Counted from the first letter of the stretch, positions 16,105 to 25,830 are shown. The stretch: 64,000 nucleotides of DNA from Candidatus Bathyarchaeota archaeon (GCA_005888635.1 VBAW01000017.1:4537-68536), one strand, 5' to 3'. Made by a program: numbers and translations. The notes: a model not told the origin generated them from the sequence alone.

Positions 16105-18777
16105 ATGACGAGCAGGACCAGTTCTTCCCAGGCCCGACTGGTTGGAATCTTCGTACTTGTCCTCATAATATCTCTCGCCGAGTTCGCTGCTCTGCTCCTT
16201 GATTACCAGAACAACCGGTACCTCCGCCAATACGTCTCAGACAATCTTGGCACAATAATCTTAGCCACGATCGGCCTCCTTTTCGTCGCAGGGGGCGCAG
16301 GATACTTAGTCTTCAAGAGACTTGGAATCCCGAAGTCACCCGGACCCCGTGTCCCCACGTTCGCGCGAATCGGCTCCTCCGTAGGAAGAAGATACAAGCT
16401 GATAATCGTCTTTTGGATTCTGCTATTTGCGGCAAGTTTTCCGTTATCTCAACAACTCTCTCAAGTCACTACTTCAAGCACCAGCGGCGGACAATCCAGT
16501 TCCTCTCAATCTGCTCTAGCCCAGAATCTTATGGCTCAAGAATTTCCCCATCCCCAGTCTAATGCAAGCGCCATAATTCTCCTCCAAGGAAACAATGTTA
16601 CCGACAACGCGACCAAAATCTTCACTCTTCACCTAGAGCAACGCCTTGAGGCACCAAGAGTCCTCAACAGTCTCGAGAATCTCACGACAATCTACACTAT
16701 CGCCAGGATAGCCCTCATTGGAGCCTATTTGCAAAAGGGCTACAACTTCACTGCGGCGCAATCAAGTGCCAACCAGACCCTATGGGCTGATACCCTGTAT
16801 GAAATCCTGTCTCAATATCCCAAACTGATCCCACCGGCGATCATCCAGAACTTCATCAGTCCGAACAAGAACGCAATGATCATTCTGGTAACCTTCTCCC
16901 AGGCTCCCGGCTCGTTCGGCTCAGCAGACACCGACCCGATACTGAAGAACGTAGTAACTATGCGAAACATCATCTCCCAACTCAAAGCAAGCGATCCCGA
17001 ACCCTTACAGACATACGTTACAGGTGACCTAGCCACCACAGCCGACTCTTCTCTGGGAAGCAACGCCGACCTGGGTCGCATCGAACCCGTCACAGTCGGC
17101 GCCATCCTTGTTCTAGCTGGACTGTTCTTCCTTGCAATCGTCACTCCCTTCGTACCGCTTGCTACCGTTGGAATGGCGCTGCTGATGGCAGAAGGCGGCC
17201 TTTACCTCATCGGCAAATACATCATCCCTATCCAAGACACTACCACCACATTCCTGTTCACGATAATGCTTGGGGTCGGTACAGACTACGCCATCTTTCT
17301 AATGGCCCGTTACCGTGAAGAACGCGTAGAAGGCCGCGACAAGGCCAAAGCTATCCAGACTTCCATAACCTGGTCAGGAGAGAGCATCGCCACTAGCGCG
17401 ACCACTGTCATAATCGCGTTCGGGGCAATGACGTTAACCAGCTTCACCCTCCTCAGATCCATCGGCGTCGGCCTGGGCTTCGGCGTCTTGATTGCACTTC
17501 TAGTAAGCCTGACACTAATCCCCTCGCTCATTCTGATCGCGGGAGACCGGATATTTTGGCCTACTTCCGGGAAGAGATTCGAGGGTTATGCGGCTCGTGC
17601 GCGGAAGAGGAGAACTGAAAGGCCCGGATATTTCCGGCGAGCTGCAAGCTTCAGCGTCAAAAGACCCGTCCTAGTCTTAGGATTGGCTCTGATCATATCC
17701 ATCCCAGCGATCTACGTATCACTAACAGGGTCGACCTCGTACGACTTTGCAGCGGGTCTTCCAGCGGCCGAAAGCGTCAAGGGTATCACTGCTCTAGAAC
17801 AGAGCTTCGGCGCTGGTCAAATAGGCCCTACGCAAGTACTCGTGCAATTCCCAACAACCATTCTCGCAAACGGAAATCTCAGCGCGGGCGCACGTGCAAG
17901 CCTAGAAAAGCTGAGCCAGGCCATCGCCAACTTGACCAATGTCAAGGAAGTCACGGGACCTACTCGGCCCAATGGAATCGCGATAACGGGGACCAATCTA
18001 GCAGACATAGGACGCGACAATCGGACCGCCATGCTGACTGTCCTATTTGCTGACGAGCCATTCACCCAAAACTCTCTCAACACAGTCACTCAGATACGGA
18101 ACCTCTTAACAAGTCTTCAGAACTCCGACGCGTCGCTGGCTCAGGACGCCGTACTGGTAGGAGGCGCATCCGCATCCACACTGGATTTCGCCAATGAGAC
18201 GGTCAACCAGTTCAATACAATCAGAATATTGACAGTCGCAGCCATATTCGTCGTCTTGCTGCTAGTTCTCGGCTCCTATCCGCTAGCAATAACCGGGATA
18301 CTATCCATAGGCCTGAGCATAATCTGGGCTTACGCAGCCACTCTTCTCTTCTTCAACAACGTGCTCCAATCAGGGGTCCTCTTCATCATCCCCCTCGTAC
18401 TATTTCTGCTCCTTTATGGAATCGGTATGGACTACAACATCTTCATTCTAACCAGGATCAGGGAAGAAGCACAGAAGGGTAAGGAGACCCGACAAGCAGT
18501 TGTAGACGCCGTCGACAGAACCGGGGGAATAATAACGGCTCTAGCGCTTATCCTTGCGGGAGCACTGGGCTCACTACTGCTCTCATCCAATCGTCTTCTC
18601 GAAGGTTTCGGTTTCGCGATCGCCTTAGCTGTCGTCCTTGACGCAATGGTCGTGCGGACATATCTCGTCCCGGCAATCATGTCACTTCTCGGCCCTAGAG
18701 CATGGTGGGGTCCCAATCGGCTGAGAAGGGTACGATTCGACAAGAAAAGCAATCCACAATCCTCCAGCGATGCCTAG
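16105..18777 (+). CDS. MMPL/RND-superfamily membrane transporter
   Basis: 890 aa with duplicated modules. Each module has a TM bundle and the MMPL hallmark (GVGTDYAIFLMARYREE and GIGMDYNIFILTRIREE), separated by large extracytoplasmic loops. Confidence 0.9.
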   Translation: MTSRTSSSQARLVGIFVLVLIISLAEFAALLLDYQNNRYLRQYVSDNLGTIILATIGLLFVAGGAGYLVFKRLGIPKSPGPRVPTFARIGSSVGRRYKLIIVFWILLFAASFPLSQQLSQVTTSSTSGGQSSSSQSALAQNLMAQEFPHPQSNASAIILLQGNNVTDNATKIFTLHLEQRLEAPRVLNSLENLTTIYTIARIALIGAYLQKGYNFTAAQSSANQTLWADTLYEILSQYPKLIPPAIIQNFISPNKNAMIILVTFSQAPGSFGSADTDPILKNVVTMRNIISQLKASDPEPLQTYVTGDLATTADSSLGSNADLGRIEPVTVGAILVLAGLFFLAIVTPFVPLATVGMALLMAEGGLYLIGKYIIPIQDTTTTFLFTIMLGVGTDYAIFLMARYREERVEGRDKAKAIQTSITWSGESIATSATTVIIAFGAMTLTSFTLLRSIGVGLGFGVLIALLVSLTLIPSLILIAGDRIFWPTSGKRFEGYAARARKRRTERPGYFRRAASFSVKRPVLVLGLALIISIPAIYVSLTGSTSYDFAAGLPAAESVKGITALEQSFGAGQIGPTQVLVQFPTTILANGNLSAGARASLEKLSQAIANLTNVKEVTGPTRPNGIAITGTNLADIGRDNRTAMLTVLFADEPFTQNSLNTVTQIRNLLTSLQNSDASLAQDAVLVGGASASTLDFANETVNQFNTIRILTVAAIFVVLLLVLGSYPLAITGILSIGLSIIWAYAATLLFFNNVLQSGVLFIIPLVLFLLLYGIGMDYNIFILTRIREEAQKGKETRQAVVDAVDRTGGIITALALILAGALGSLLLSSNRLLEGFGFAIALAVVLDAMVVRTYLVPAIMSLLGPRAWWGPNRLRRVRFDKKSNPQSSSDA

Positions 18778-18840
18778 AGTTTGAGTCCGTCAGTTCTAGA
18801 AGGCTCATAGTCGAGACGAGAGGTCTTCTCACTTGGAGCC

Positions 18841-19665
18841 TTGACCTACAGGACAGAATACACTCTGGGCTTCCTAGCCCTCCTGCCTCTTCTCGCTACC
18901 GGCGTCGCCAAGGGAACAGGCTGGCTCGTCACCATCATTGTCGTGTACGTCGGTATCCCTCTTCTCATCTGGAGTCTGCTGGTAGATCGTCTTGCCTTCC
19001 TAGCCTTGAGGATAATTTGCCGACTCCGTGAATCCTCGGGACACCAGTACTATTTTGAGAGACAGGTGGGGAAGCCGGGCGTTTCGCGTAGAATTCTAAG
19101 AGACATTCGCGTGTTAGTGTTTGTGTTCTTTCTGTCCGCGCTGATCGTTCCACAAGTTACTCAGGTCAATCCCCAAAATCCCCAAAATCTCGTCATTGTT
19201 AGCAACGCGTTCATCTATGTAGCCATTTTCCTGCTCGCAATACCATCATCGATACATGTCCTTCTCTGGGTCCTCGAAGATTCTGGACTACGGTGTCACA
19301 ACACATCGAGACTCACAGTTACCGTTCCAGCCGCTTGGACGTCGAGATGGCTGTCCTCTCTGGGAGGCATCGGCGCTTTCGTTTCCTTTGCTGTAGCAAT
19401 GGGCGGCAATCTTGATAGAGCCATTTCGCTCGGATTTACGTTAATGATCTCCCTTCTACCATCCTGCGTTTTGGCACCGACTCTCTTCTATCGCAGGCTA
19501 GAGCCTGGAATCATTGCAAAGATTCGTTCGAGTAAGGCGGCAATGACAATGGCACGCCTCTTCCCGCAGGTCTCTAATCCATCTCTTCCCCCTTTATCGG
19601 CGCCAACTCTACGCTCGGTTCGAGTGAATGAAGAAACGAAGCAGACCACTGAGCCTCATTCATAG
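18841..19665 (+). CDS. Hypothetical polytopic membrane protein
   Basis: 274 aa with multiple hydrophobic helices. It lies directly downstream of the MMPL gene. Confidence 0.5.
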   Translation: MTYRTEYTLGFLALLPLLATGVAKGTGWLVTIIVVYVGIPLLIWSLLVDRLAFLALRIICRLRESSGHQYYFERQVGKPGVSRRILRDIRVLVFVFFLSALIVPQVTQVNPQNPQNLVIVSNAFIYVAIFLLAIPSSIHVLLWVLEDSGLRCHNTSRLTVTVPAAWTSRWLSSLGGIGAFVSFAVAMGGNLDRAISLGFTLMISLLPSCVLAPTLFYRRLEPGIIAKIRSSKAAMTMARLFPQVSNPSLPPLSAPTLRSVRVNEETKQTTEPHS

Positions 19666-19732
19666 TACCCTACGCTATTCGGTCGGCAAGTTACTATTCG
19701 CTTAAAGAGCACTCGAACAATCCTGAGCCATC

Positions 19733-20182
19733 ATGAGCCTGGCCGAGGCGGCGAAGCCAGCCCCCCCGAGCAGCACGATTCGAAGCTATGCTATGATCGG
19801 AATAGTCCTTTACGCCTTCGGCCTTGTCTTGAACGAGATCGGCAACGGTCTGACACAGCTATGGCTAGTCCCCTATGCGGACACGATAAGCGCGCTAGGT
19901 TTCGTGATTGCACTTTACACCGCCGCTCTTGCTGGGCTCGGAACGCGTTTGACTGTGTTGATAGGCCTCATCTATGGCATTGGAATCTTCTACGTATGCG
20001 AGCCCGACGCTACCTACGTGGCTTCGGGTCTCAAGATTTCATCGTACAACACGACCCACTTTGTCGGGCTTGGTCTGATCGGCTTCACGATGATACTGTT
20101 GATTGCTCTCGCGTTCTATCTGACGCGTGCGAAATCAGGTCGTCGAACCCTTCCCAAACAAGACCCCGGTTCGACAAGCTAG
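19733..20182 (+). CDS. Hypothetical membrane protein
   Basis: 149 aa with about 4 TM helices. Confidence 0.5.
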   Translation: MSLAEAAKPAPPSSTIRSYAMIGIVLYAFGLVLNEIGNGLTQLWLVPYADTISALGFVIALYTAALAGLGTRLTVLIGLIYGIGIFYVCEPDATYVASGLKISSYNTTHFVGLGLIGFTMILLIALAFYLTRAKSGRRTLPKQDPGSTS

Positions 20183-20208
20183 TTCTCTCCCTGAGATTCA
20201 TTGGAATC

Positions 20209-20337
20209 TGGCGGGCCCGCGGGGATTTGAACCCCGGACCTCTAGCCGGAGATTTTTCTCGAATCTCCTACAGCTGACTCCGATGGTGAAACCCCACTTA
20301 GGGGGCTGCCGCTCTATCCAGGCTGAGCTACGGGCCC
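20209..20337 (-). tRNA. Multi-intron tRNA, isotype unresolved (best parse gives loop CUUUCAA, Glu-UUC, tentative)
   Basis: On the minus strand the 5' part reads GGGCCCG TA GCTC AGCCTGGATA GAGC and the 3' part reads CGGGG TTCAAAT CCCCG CGGGCCC G CCA. Between them are 74 nt where 23 are expected. My parse is G GCAGC C [12 nt] TTTCA [11 nt CCATCGGAGTC] A GCTGT AG [28 nt] GTC. The 11-nt element resembles the 13-nt 37/38 intron of tRNA-Lys (CCTCGCGGAAGAC). Confidence 0.7.
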
Positions 20338-20392
20338 AGAACAGACCCGGAGCGAAAGGATAGTTAATGATTCCTCACGGATGACGGGCTAG

Positions 20393-20629
20393 CTATTCGA
20401 GATTAATTGTCTGATTCCCAAAGAACTCCTTAGGATCGACAATGTGAACCCTCTTTCCCTTTTTCATCAACTCCTCCGCGACCTGCTCGTTGGTGGTGAA
20501 GTAGCAGCCGTCGCCGGTGAAAAATCGGAGCAGTCCATGTGACGAATCTCCACAAACTAGGAAGTTAGCCATGGTCTTGTCGTCGTCAAGATCCTTGCCG
20601 CATAGTGGACACTTGAACTCCACCCACAA
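20393..20629 (-). CDS. Hypothetical small Cys-containing protein
   Basis: 78 aa with CPLCG ... C....H, a possible zinc-binding site. Confidence 0.4.
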   Translation of the reverse strand: MWVEFKCPLCGKDLDDDKTMANFLVCGDSSHGLLRFFTGDGCYFTTNEQVAEELMKKGKRVHIVDPKEFFGNQTINLE

Positions 20630-20784
20630 AAGCCCGGACTCTCTGCATCTGTCCAGTCGCTCTAGCTGCCTTTAAACTGTTGACCTAACAAGAAAAATCC
20701 ATCCTCCGGGACCATTCCAGACGGAATCTTGTCACACCTCAGCGGTCTGGTTCAATATGAGAGTGAAATCTATATGAAAACAGA

Positions 20785-21231
20785 TTGACGGGGTGTATGG
20801 GAAACTTGGAAGAGAAGATCGTAGTCAAGACGAAGCATGGAGAGCTTACCCTAGAGCAACTCGCCGAACTACAACCTGGCTTAGCCCGGTTAATGAAGGA
20901 GATCGGAGATCGATTTCACATACTATACTATGCTGCTAAGGGTGGAAACTGGAAACTGGCCGAACACGAACAGAAGGTAACGATCAGCATCCTCAAAGCA
21001 GGAGCGACCTTGAGGCCAAAATACCATCAAGACATCACCAGCTTCATACAATCACAACTGCAACCGCTAGCTGAGAGCATCAAGGCCAAAGACTGGCAAA
21101 CATTCGAACATTGCTACAAGAACGCGGTAGAGGAAGCCAATAAGCTCCATGAAAAATATGGATACGGATTCATCCATTACAAACTCTCCAAGAACCCGCC
21201 TGATTACTACGACCTAAACCTTCGAGATTGA
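20785..21231 (+). CDS. Hypothetical helical protein
   Basis: 148-aa ORF. An ATG four codons in, at MGNLEEK, is the likely start. No motif recognised. Confidence 0.5.
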   Translation: MTGCMGNLEEKIVVKTKHGELTLEQLAELQPGLARLMKEIGDRFHILYYAAKGGNWKLAEHEQKVTISILKAGATLRPKYHQDITSFIQSQLQPLAESIKAKDWQTFEHCYKNAVEEANKLHEKYGYGFIHYKLSKNPPDYYDLNLRD

Positions 21232-21531
21232 ATCTCTGAGCGTAGGGCAAGCGCATGTCGTCAGTAGCGAGACGTAGCCGGGTCTTTAGTGATTTTTCAG
21301 CCTGCTGCCGCTGAAACATGAATGAGGCGTGTACGAAATTCTCTCTTTGTCCGCCTTCGCTTCAGTGCCTTGGACCTTGAGCGAAGATCTAGAGTCCCGT
21401 CACGATTGGGCGACCTCTCAGCCATCCAGCATTTCTCCCGCTGTTCGCTAAGACCGCCTGTCCTGTGGGTCCCTCTGATAAGTTTTCCTGAATAACTAGA
21501 CAAACAAGATGAATCAGGTCGAACTCTTATC

Positions 21532-22848
21532 CTAAGTTAGTATCTTTGCCATTTCTTCCACTACTCGATTCTTCGGAACGTTTCTTTCCTCGCCAGTCTT
21601 CATGTCTCTCAACCGCACATTGCCCTCCTTGAGCTCTCTAGGACCTACAATCACAATGATTCGAACCTTGGCCGAGTCGGCATAATCCATCTGTTTTTTC
21701 AATGGACGCTCTTTGAGATCTCTGTCCGCGCGCAGTCCGCTATCTCGCAACGCTCGCATCACCTTGATGGTCTCGTCTCGCACGTCTTCGCCTGCCATTG
21801 CAACGTAGACCTGTGGATTCTGTTCCAGATCTGGGAAGAGCCCCTTCTTTTCGAGGGAGATCATGAGCCTCTCGAAGCCCCCTGCCACGCCGGTTGCAGG
21901 CATGTCTCGTTTTCCGTATATTCGACAGAGCTTGTCGAAACGGCCACCGCCAAACACGGCACCGACATCCTCGCCAGCTTGATCGTACGCTTCGAAGACT
22001 GTTCCGTCGTAGTAGCTTATCCCTCTCACAATTCTTAGGTCCACTTGGACCTTGGACCTTTTTCCTAGGGAGTCGACGTTGTCAATGGTTCCTGTGAGTT
22101 CCTGTAGTCCTTTGCTGATCAAGTCATTCTTCGGGAGTTTCTTCTCTAGATCGGGTAGGACTTTGTCGGCGTCTCCGCCGATATCAGCGAACCCCATGAC
22201 GCGTTTCACTTTGTCTTGGGAGAGCCCCGCTCTGCCTAGTTCTCCTTCGATCTGTTCGGGACCCTTTTTGCCCATTCCGTCGATGATTCGTAGCAATCTC
22301 TCGAGTTCCTCTTGTGAGCGGACGCCTATGGTCTGGAGGAACCCTTCTGCGAGTTTTCTGTTGCTGACTCGGACTTCGTGATCTTTCAATCCGACTTTGT
22401 CTAGAATGTCGGAACCTAGGCTGATGATCTCCGCATCAGCAGTGGGTTCAGCTACTCCATAGATTTCCGCGTCCCATTGTGTGTGGTATCTGTATCTGGC
22501 GTATTGTGGCTCGTCGTATCGCCAGACTCCTCCGATGCATCCGATCTTTATGGGTTCAGGAAGGTCGAATCGGTTGGCGATCATCCGGGTCATGCCGACC
22601 GTTAAGTCGAATCGGAGACCCAGGTTTCGCCCTGCTTTGTCTTTGAACCAGTAGATTTCTTCTCGCACTCCGGGGCCAGATTTTGCTTCGAGAGTCTCAA
22701 GATTTTCCACTGGGCTGGGCTCTAACAGTTGGAACCCGTAGCTCCAGAGTACTTGGCGGATTTTGTCAGCGAGCCAAATTCTCTTGGTCATCTCTTCCGG
22801 TTCTATGTCCTTCATTCCGCGGGGGAGTGTGAATTGAGTCTCAGACAA
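21532..22848 (-). CDS. hisS: Histidine--tRNA ligase
   Basis: 438 aa with the class II aaRS/HisRS motifs LPRGMKD, RYDEPQ..RYR, DAEIYG and GGGRFDKL, plus a C-terminal anticodon-binding domain. Confidence 0.92.
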   Translation of the reverse strand: MSETQFTLPRGMKDIEPEEMTKRIWLADKIRQVLWSYGFQLLEPSPVENLETLEAKSGPGVREEIYWFKDKAGRNLGLRFDLTVGMTRMIANRFDLPEPIKIGCIGGVWRYDEPQYARYRYHTQWDAEIYGVAEPTADAEIISLGSDILDKVGLKDHEVRVSNRKLAEGFLQTIGVRSQEELERLLRIIDGMGKKGPEQIEGELGRAGLSQDKVKRVMGFADIGGDADKVLPDLEKKLPKNDLISKGLQELTGTIDNVDSLGKRSKVQVDLRIVRGISYYDGTVFEAYDQAGEDVGAVFGGGRFDKLCRIYGKRDMPATGVAGGFERLMISLEKKGLFPDLEQNPQVYVAMAGEDVRDETIKVMRALRDSGLRADRDLKERPLKKQMDYADSAKVRIIVIVGPRELKEGNVRLRDMKTGEERNVPKNRVVEEMAKILT

Positions 22849-22872
22849 GCCGAAGAACCTTCAACGTCTGAA

Positions 22873-23418
22873 TTATTGGGATTGGAAAGTCTCAGGGTTC
22901 AACGTGTAGTAGACGATGTCTGTGCGCCGATCAATGACGGCCAACACCAGGTCCTTGCCATCCTTGTTTGCTTTCGCTGACAAAGTTGCGAGTTTTTCGA
23001 GTGTAGACTCTCCCCCCTCGAACACAATAGTTACAAGCCTTCTGACGGCTCCCTTACCGAAGGTTTCGAAATCGTAGCCCGCTTCTCCATCCCGGACCAA
23101 GTATCCCCGGTCCCGAAGGTCTCTGTAGACCAGATACTTTGTCCATATGGCGGGCTTCCCTACCGATAGCTTCGTCACCAGCTGCTGAAGCGACTTGGAC
23201 TGCTTGGTCTTCTCGTCCAAGACTTTGATCCTCTTCTTCTCAACGAGGTAGAAGGTTTCGTAGGGATTGAGTGTGATTCTGTCGTCGACTAGAGTTCCGA
23301 ACGCTTTCTCGCGGAGGTCCATCAGTTTCTCAGGTTCTCGGAGAAAGACTCCTCCCCTGGAAAGATAGGCCTCGATTGCCTCAACGATAACCGGTACTTG
23401 CTCGCTCTTGGTTTCCAA
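22873..23418 (-). CDS. tRNA-splicing endonuclease (EndA) family subunit, probably non-catalytic/structural
   Basis: Collinear with M. jannaschii EndA as I recall it: KYLVYRDLRDRGYLVRDG versus KYLVYKDLRTRGYIVKTG, and LVLAVIDRRTDIVYYTL versus LLIAIVDADGDIVYYNM. The positions aligning to catalytic Tyr115 and His125 read Phe (DFETF) and Arg/Leu (VRRLVTIV). The longest ORF reaches 23496, but the TTG at 23418 gives 181 aa, close to EndA size. It sits 24 nt upstream of hisS on the same strand. Confidence 0.65.
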   Translation of the reverse strand: METKSEQVPVIVEAIEAYLSRGGVFLREPEKLMDLREKAFGTLVDDRITLNPYETFYLVEKKRIKVLDEKTKQSKSLQQLVTKLSVGKPAIWTKYLVYRDLRDRGYLVRDGEAGYDFETFGKGAVRRLVTIVFEGGESTLEKLATLSAKANKDGKDLVLAVIDRRTDIVYYTLNPETFQSQ

Positions 23419-23452
23419 AGGGTTCCAGAAAGTCGAGCACGCGGACGGGCGG

Positions 23453-23460
23453 CTATAAAG
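23453..23460. promoter_or_regulatory. Possible shared TATA element between the divergent endA-like and mtnA genes
   Basis: CTATAAAG on the plus strand reads CTTTATAG on the minus strand. It lies about 40 nt from the mtnA ATG (23497) and about 37 nt from the proposed TTG (23418). Confidence 0.25.
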
Positions 23461-23496
23461 CCATTCAAATAGAAAGACGCGGCGACTAGAAATCAA

Positions 23497-24534
23497 ATGA
23501 CCGGCAAGAATCTGGAGCCCTTGAGATGGCGCAACGGCGTATTGGAAGTCATAGACCAGACTCTCCTACCAGCCAAGCTAGCCTACGTCCGTTTGGGAAA
23601 TGTCGGACAGGTCTGTGCCGCGATCAGAACGATGATGGTTCGTGGGGCACCTCTGATCGGGGTTGTGGGCGCCTACGGCCTCGTCCTTTCGGTGAAGAAA
23701 GTCAAGACACGCGATCTAGCCGAGGCTCGAACTCAGCTCCGGAAATGGGCCGATCTTCTGATCCAGACTCGGCCCACAGGTGTGAATCTTCGATGGGCAG
23801 TAGAACGAGTCTTCAACGCCTCTACCAAAGCGGGAGACGTTTCGTCATTGAAAGAGGTACTCCTGAAGGAAGCAGATGCAATTTTCAATGGTGAGTTAGA
23901 GGCTGCTCGAAGAATTGGGAAATATGGGTCCGCACTCTTGGAGGATGGTGACACGGTTCTTACTCATTGTAATGCTGGCGCCCTCGCGACTGTTGGCTAC
24001 GGAACATCCCTCGCCGTAGTTAGAGCCGCCGTGGAGCAGGGAAAGCGGATCAGTGTGATAGCAACAGAGACTCGTCCGTTACTCCAGGGATCGAGGCTGA
24101 CAGCGTTCGAACTAGCGCATGACAAGATTCCGGTGAAAATCATCGTTGACAGTGCAACCGCCCAGATGATGGCGCGGGGTGCAGTGGACAAGATTCTCGT
24201 TGGCGCAGATCGAATATTGAAGACCGGTCACGTGACAAACAAGATTGGCACTCTGCCTATTGCATTGTCCGCGAAGTTTTATGGCGTCCCGTTCTACGTG
24301 GCTGCTCCAGTCTCCACTGTCGACATGGTTACGGACCCTTCGAGGGTTGTTATCGAAGAGCGAAACCAGCGAGAGGTTCTCTATGTTGCTGGGAGGAGGG
24401 TTGCACCGCGGAGTGTCGAGGCGCTGAATCCGGCGTTTGACGTTACTCCGCCCGAGTTAGTGACGAGCATTGTTACGGATAGGGGGATGGCTGGTCCGCC
24501 GTTTGTGGAGAGCCTACGCTCGTTGTCCAGGTGA
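23497..24534 (+). CDS. mtnA: S-methyl-5-thioribose-1-phosphate isomerase / eIF-2B-like ribose-bisphosphate isomerase family
   Basis: 345 aa with LEVIDQTLLP, MMVRGAPLIGV, THCNAGALATVGYGTSLAVVRAA and GADRILKTGHVTNKIGT. Confidence 0.85.
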   Translation: MTGKNLEPLRWRNGVLEVIDQTLLPAKLAYVRLGNVGQVCAAIRTMMVRGAPLIGVVGAYGLVLSVKKVKTRDLAEARTQLRKWADLLIQTRPTGVNLRWAVERVFNASTKAGDVSSLKEVLLKEADAIFNGELEAARRIGKYGSALLEDGDTVLTHCNAGALATVGYGTSLAVVRAAVEQGKRISVIATETRPLLQGSRLTAFELAHDKIPVKIIVDSATAQMMARGAVDKILVGADRILKTGHVTNKIGTLPIALSAKFYGVPFYVAAPVSTVDMVTDPSRVVIEERNQREVLYVAGRRVAPRSVEALNPAFDVTPPELVTSIVTDRGMAGPPFVESLRSLSR

Positions 24535-24586
24535 GTTTAATGGTTCTTTGCTGATGTTTCTACTTTGTCTACGCTGAAAGGTAGTC

Positions 24587-25327
24587 TTACGCCACCATCT
24601 TGACGAGCGATAGGCCGATCTCGACGGGAACATTGCCTACTGACTCTATTCGAGACTTCCACTCATTTCCGATAGCTACGAGTGCATAGATGCCTATGAC
24701 TTCCGCTCTTGCCTTGAGAATGACCTTCATCATTGCCCGCTGGGTCTCTCCGCTGTCGATGATGTCGTCGGCGATGAGTACGCCCTCTCCTTTCTTGAAC
24801 GCGTCCTTGGAGACGTAGAGACTCTTCATTATGGCGGTCTTGGGGGGAACGTAGAATTCTTCGATGAATTCTCGGACGCCGACCTCTCTGGATTGTTTAG
24901 CGACGATTAGTCTCGTGCCTAGCCGGTGAGCTAGGAGCGTCGCGAGAGGGACGCCGTCGACAGCAGCGGTCATGACCTTGTTCACTCTTTTGCCTGCAAA
25001 CTTTCCGACAGCTTGTTGTACTGCTCTTTCTAGTAGCATTGTGTCGTTGATTATTCCTGTGTTGTCAAAGTAGCCTAGGTCGTCGAATTTGATTCTCTCG
25101 TGCAGTTCTTTTTCTAGGCTCATGTATTTCTGGAGAGTCCTGTTGATTTCTTCAGCGCGCTCGGCGGTTGGTAGCACGTGGCCTTTGACATAGCGACTCA
25201 ATACGGTCTCTGGTAAATGTAGAATGCCGGAGAGTTCTCTGTAGGTGTATTGCTCTTTTGCCAGGTTCAAGAGTTCGATCGTTTGGAGTTTGTACTTGAG
25301 ATCTAGAATGCGCGAGGTGTCCTTCAT
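24587..25327 (-). CDS. HTH domain fused to a phosphoribosyltransferase-like domain (PyrE-like/GfcR-like regulator)
   Basis: 246 aa. It has an N-terminal HTH (YTYRELSGILHLPETVLSRYVKG) and a C-terminal PRTase PRPP loop (VLIADDIIDSGET). Confidence 0.7.
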   Translation of the reverse strand: MKDTSRILDLKYKLQTIELLNLAKEQYTYRELSGILHLPETVLSRYVKGHVLPTAERAEEINRTLQKYMSLEKELHERIKFDDLGYFDNTGIINDTMLLERAVQQAVGKFAGKRVNKVMTAAVDGVPLATLLAHRLGTRLIVAKQSREVGVREFIEEFYVPPKTAIMKSLYVSKDAFKKGEGVLIADDIIDSGETQRAMMKVILKARAEVIGIYALVAIGNEWKSRIESVGNVPVEIGLSLVKMVA

Positions 25328-25390
25328 TGCTTGTATTCGCGCTTTAGCCCTTTGTACCCTGTATAACGTTTTCCGTATCGCGCAACGTGA

Positions 25391-25825
25391 TCATTTTTTC
25401 CGGCGACTCTTGACGACTCCCCGACTGTTCTGGTATTTTCCCACGTATGCATGTGTCGCAGGCATTCCGAGTCTTAACAAAGAGAGCTGGATGAACCTCT
25501 CGCCCTTCCTGAGACTAACCAATCTATCTCCGGCATTATGGAGACTGACTGTGAGTTGTCCGCGGAAGCCGGGGTCGACTAGAGCGAGACTCGCAACTAT
25601 CCCCTCTCTTGCCAAAGATGACCGAATGTGGAGTATTCCGAGAAACCTCTCCGAAAGTTCCACCCGTTCAATAGTAGCCACTAGTCTCTGCTGGCCAGGT
25701 CTTAGTACCAGACTTCTATCGGCTCGCAGGTCTATACCGGCAGGATTCAGTTTCGGGTTTCGTGGAACGATGTGAAACTGGCCGGTTTTTATCGCACCAG
25801 TGATCTCGCTGTCGGAGAGGGCCAT
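25391..25825 (-). CDS. dcd: dCTP deaminase / dUTPase-superfamily enzyme
   Basis: PAGIDLR, RSSLAREGI, VDPGFRGQLTVSLHN and GERFIQLS motifs. The start is placed at MALSDSEI, although the longest ORF reaches 25882. Confidence 0.85.
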   Translation of the reverse strand: MALSDSEITGAIKTGQFHIVPRNPKLNPAGIDLRADRSLVLRPGQQRLVATIERVELSERFLGILHIRSSLAREGIVASLALVDPGFRGQLTVSLHNAGDRLVSLRKGERFIQLSLLRLGMPATHAYVGKYQNSRGVVKSRRKK

Positions 25826-25830
25826 TTCTG

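Noticed and set aside
19168-19192. Short tandem DNA repeat CCCCAAAAT CCCCAAAAT, considered as a possible repeat element or CRISPR-like unit.
   Set aside because: Only two copies are present, inside CDS 18841..19665, where they encode NPQNPQN. There is no spacer architecture.
20268-20275. A CTGTAG motif in the unresolved tRNA, identical to the tRNA-Tyr anticodon loop, which might suggest a second tRNA-Tyr.
   Set aside because: The gene has G1-C72 and G73 instead of the C1-G72/A73 identity set of archaeal tRNA-Tyr. No complementary anticodon stem flanks the motif, and it sits at the junction of the anticodon stem and variable loop in the best parse.
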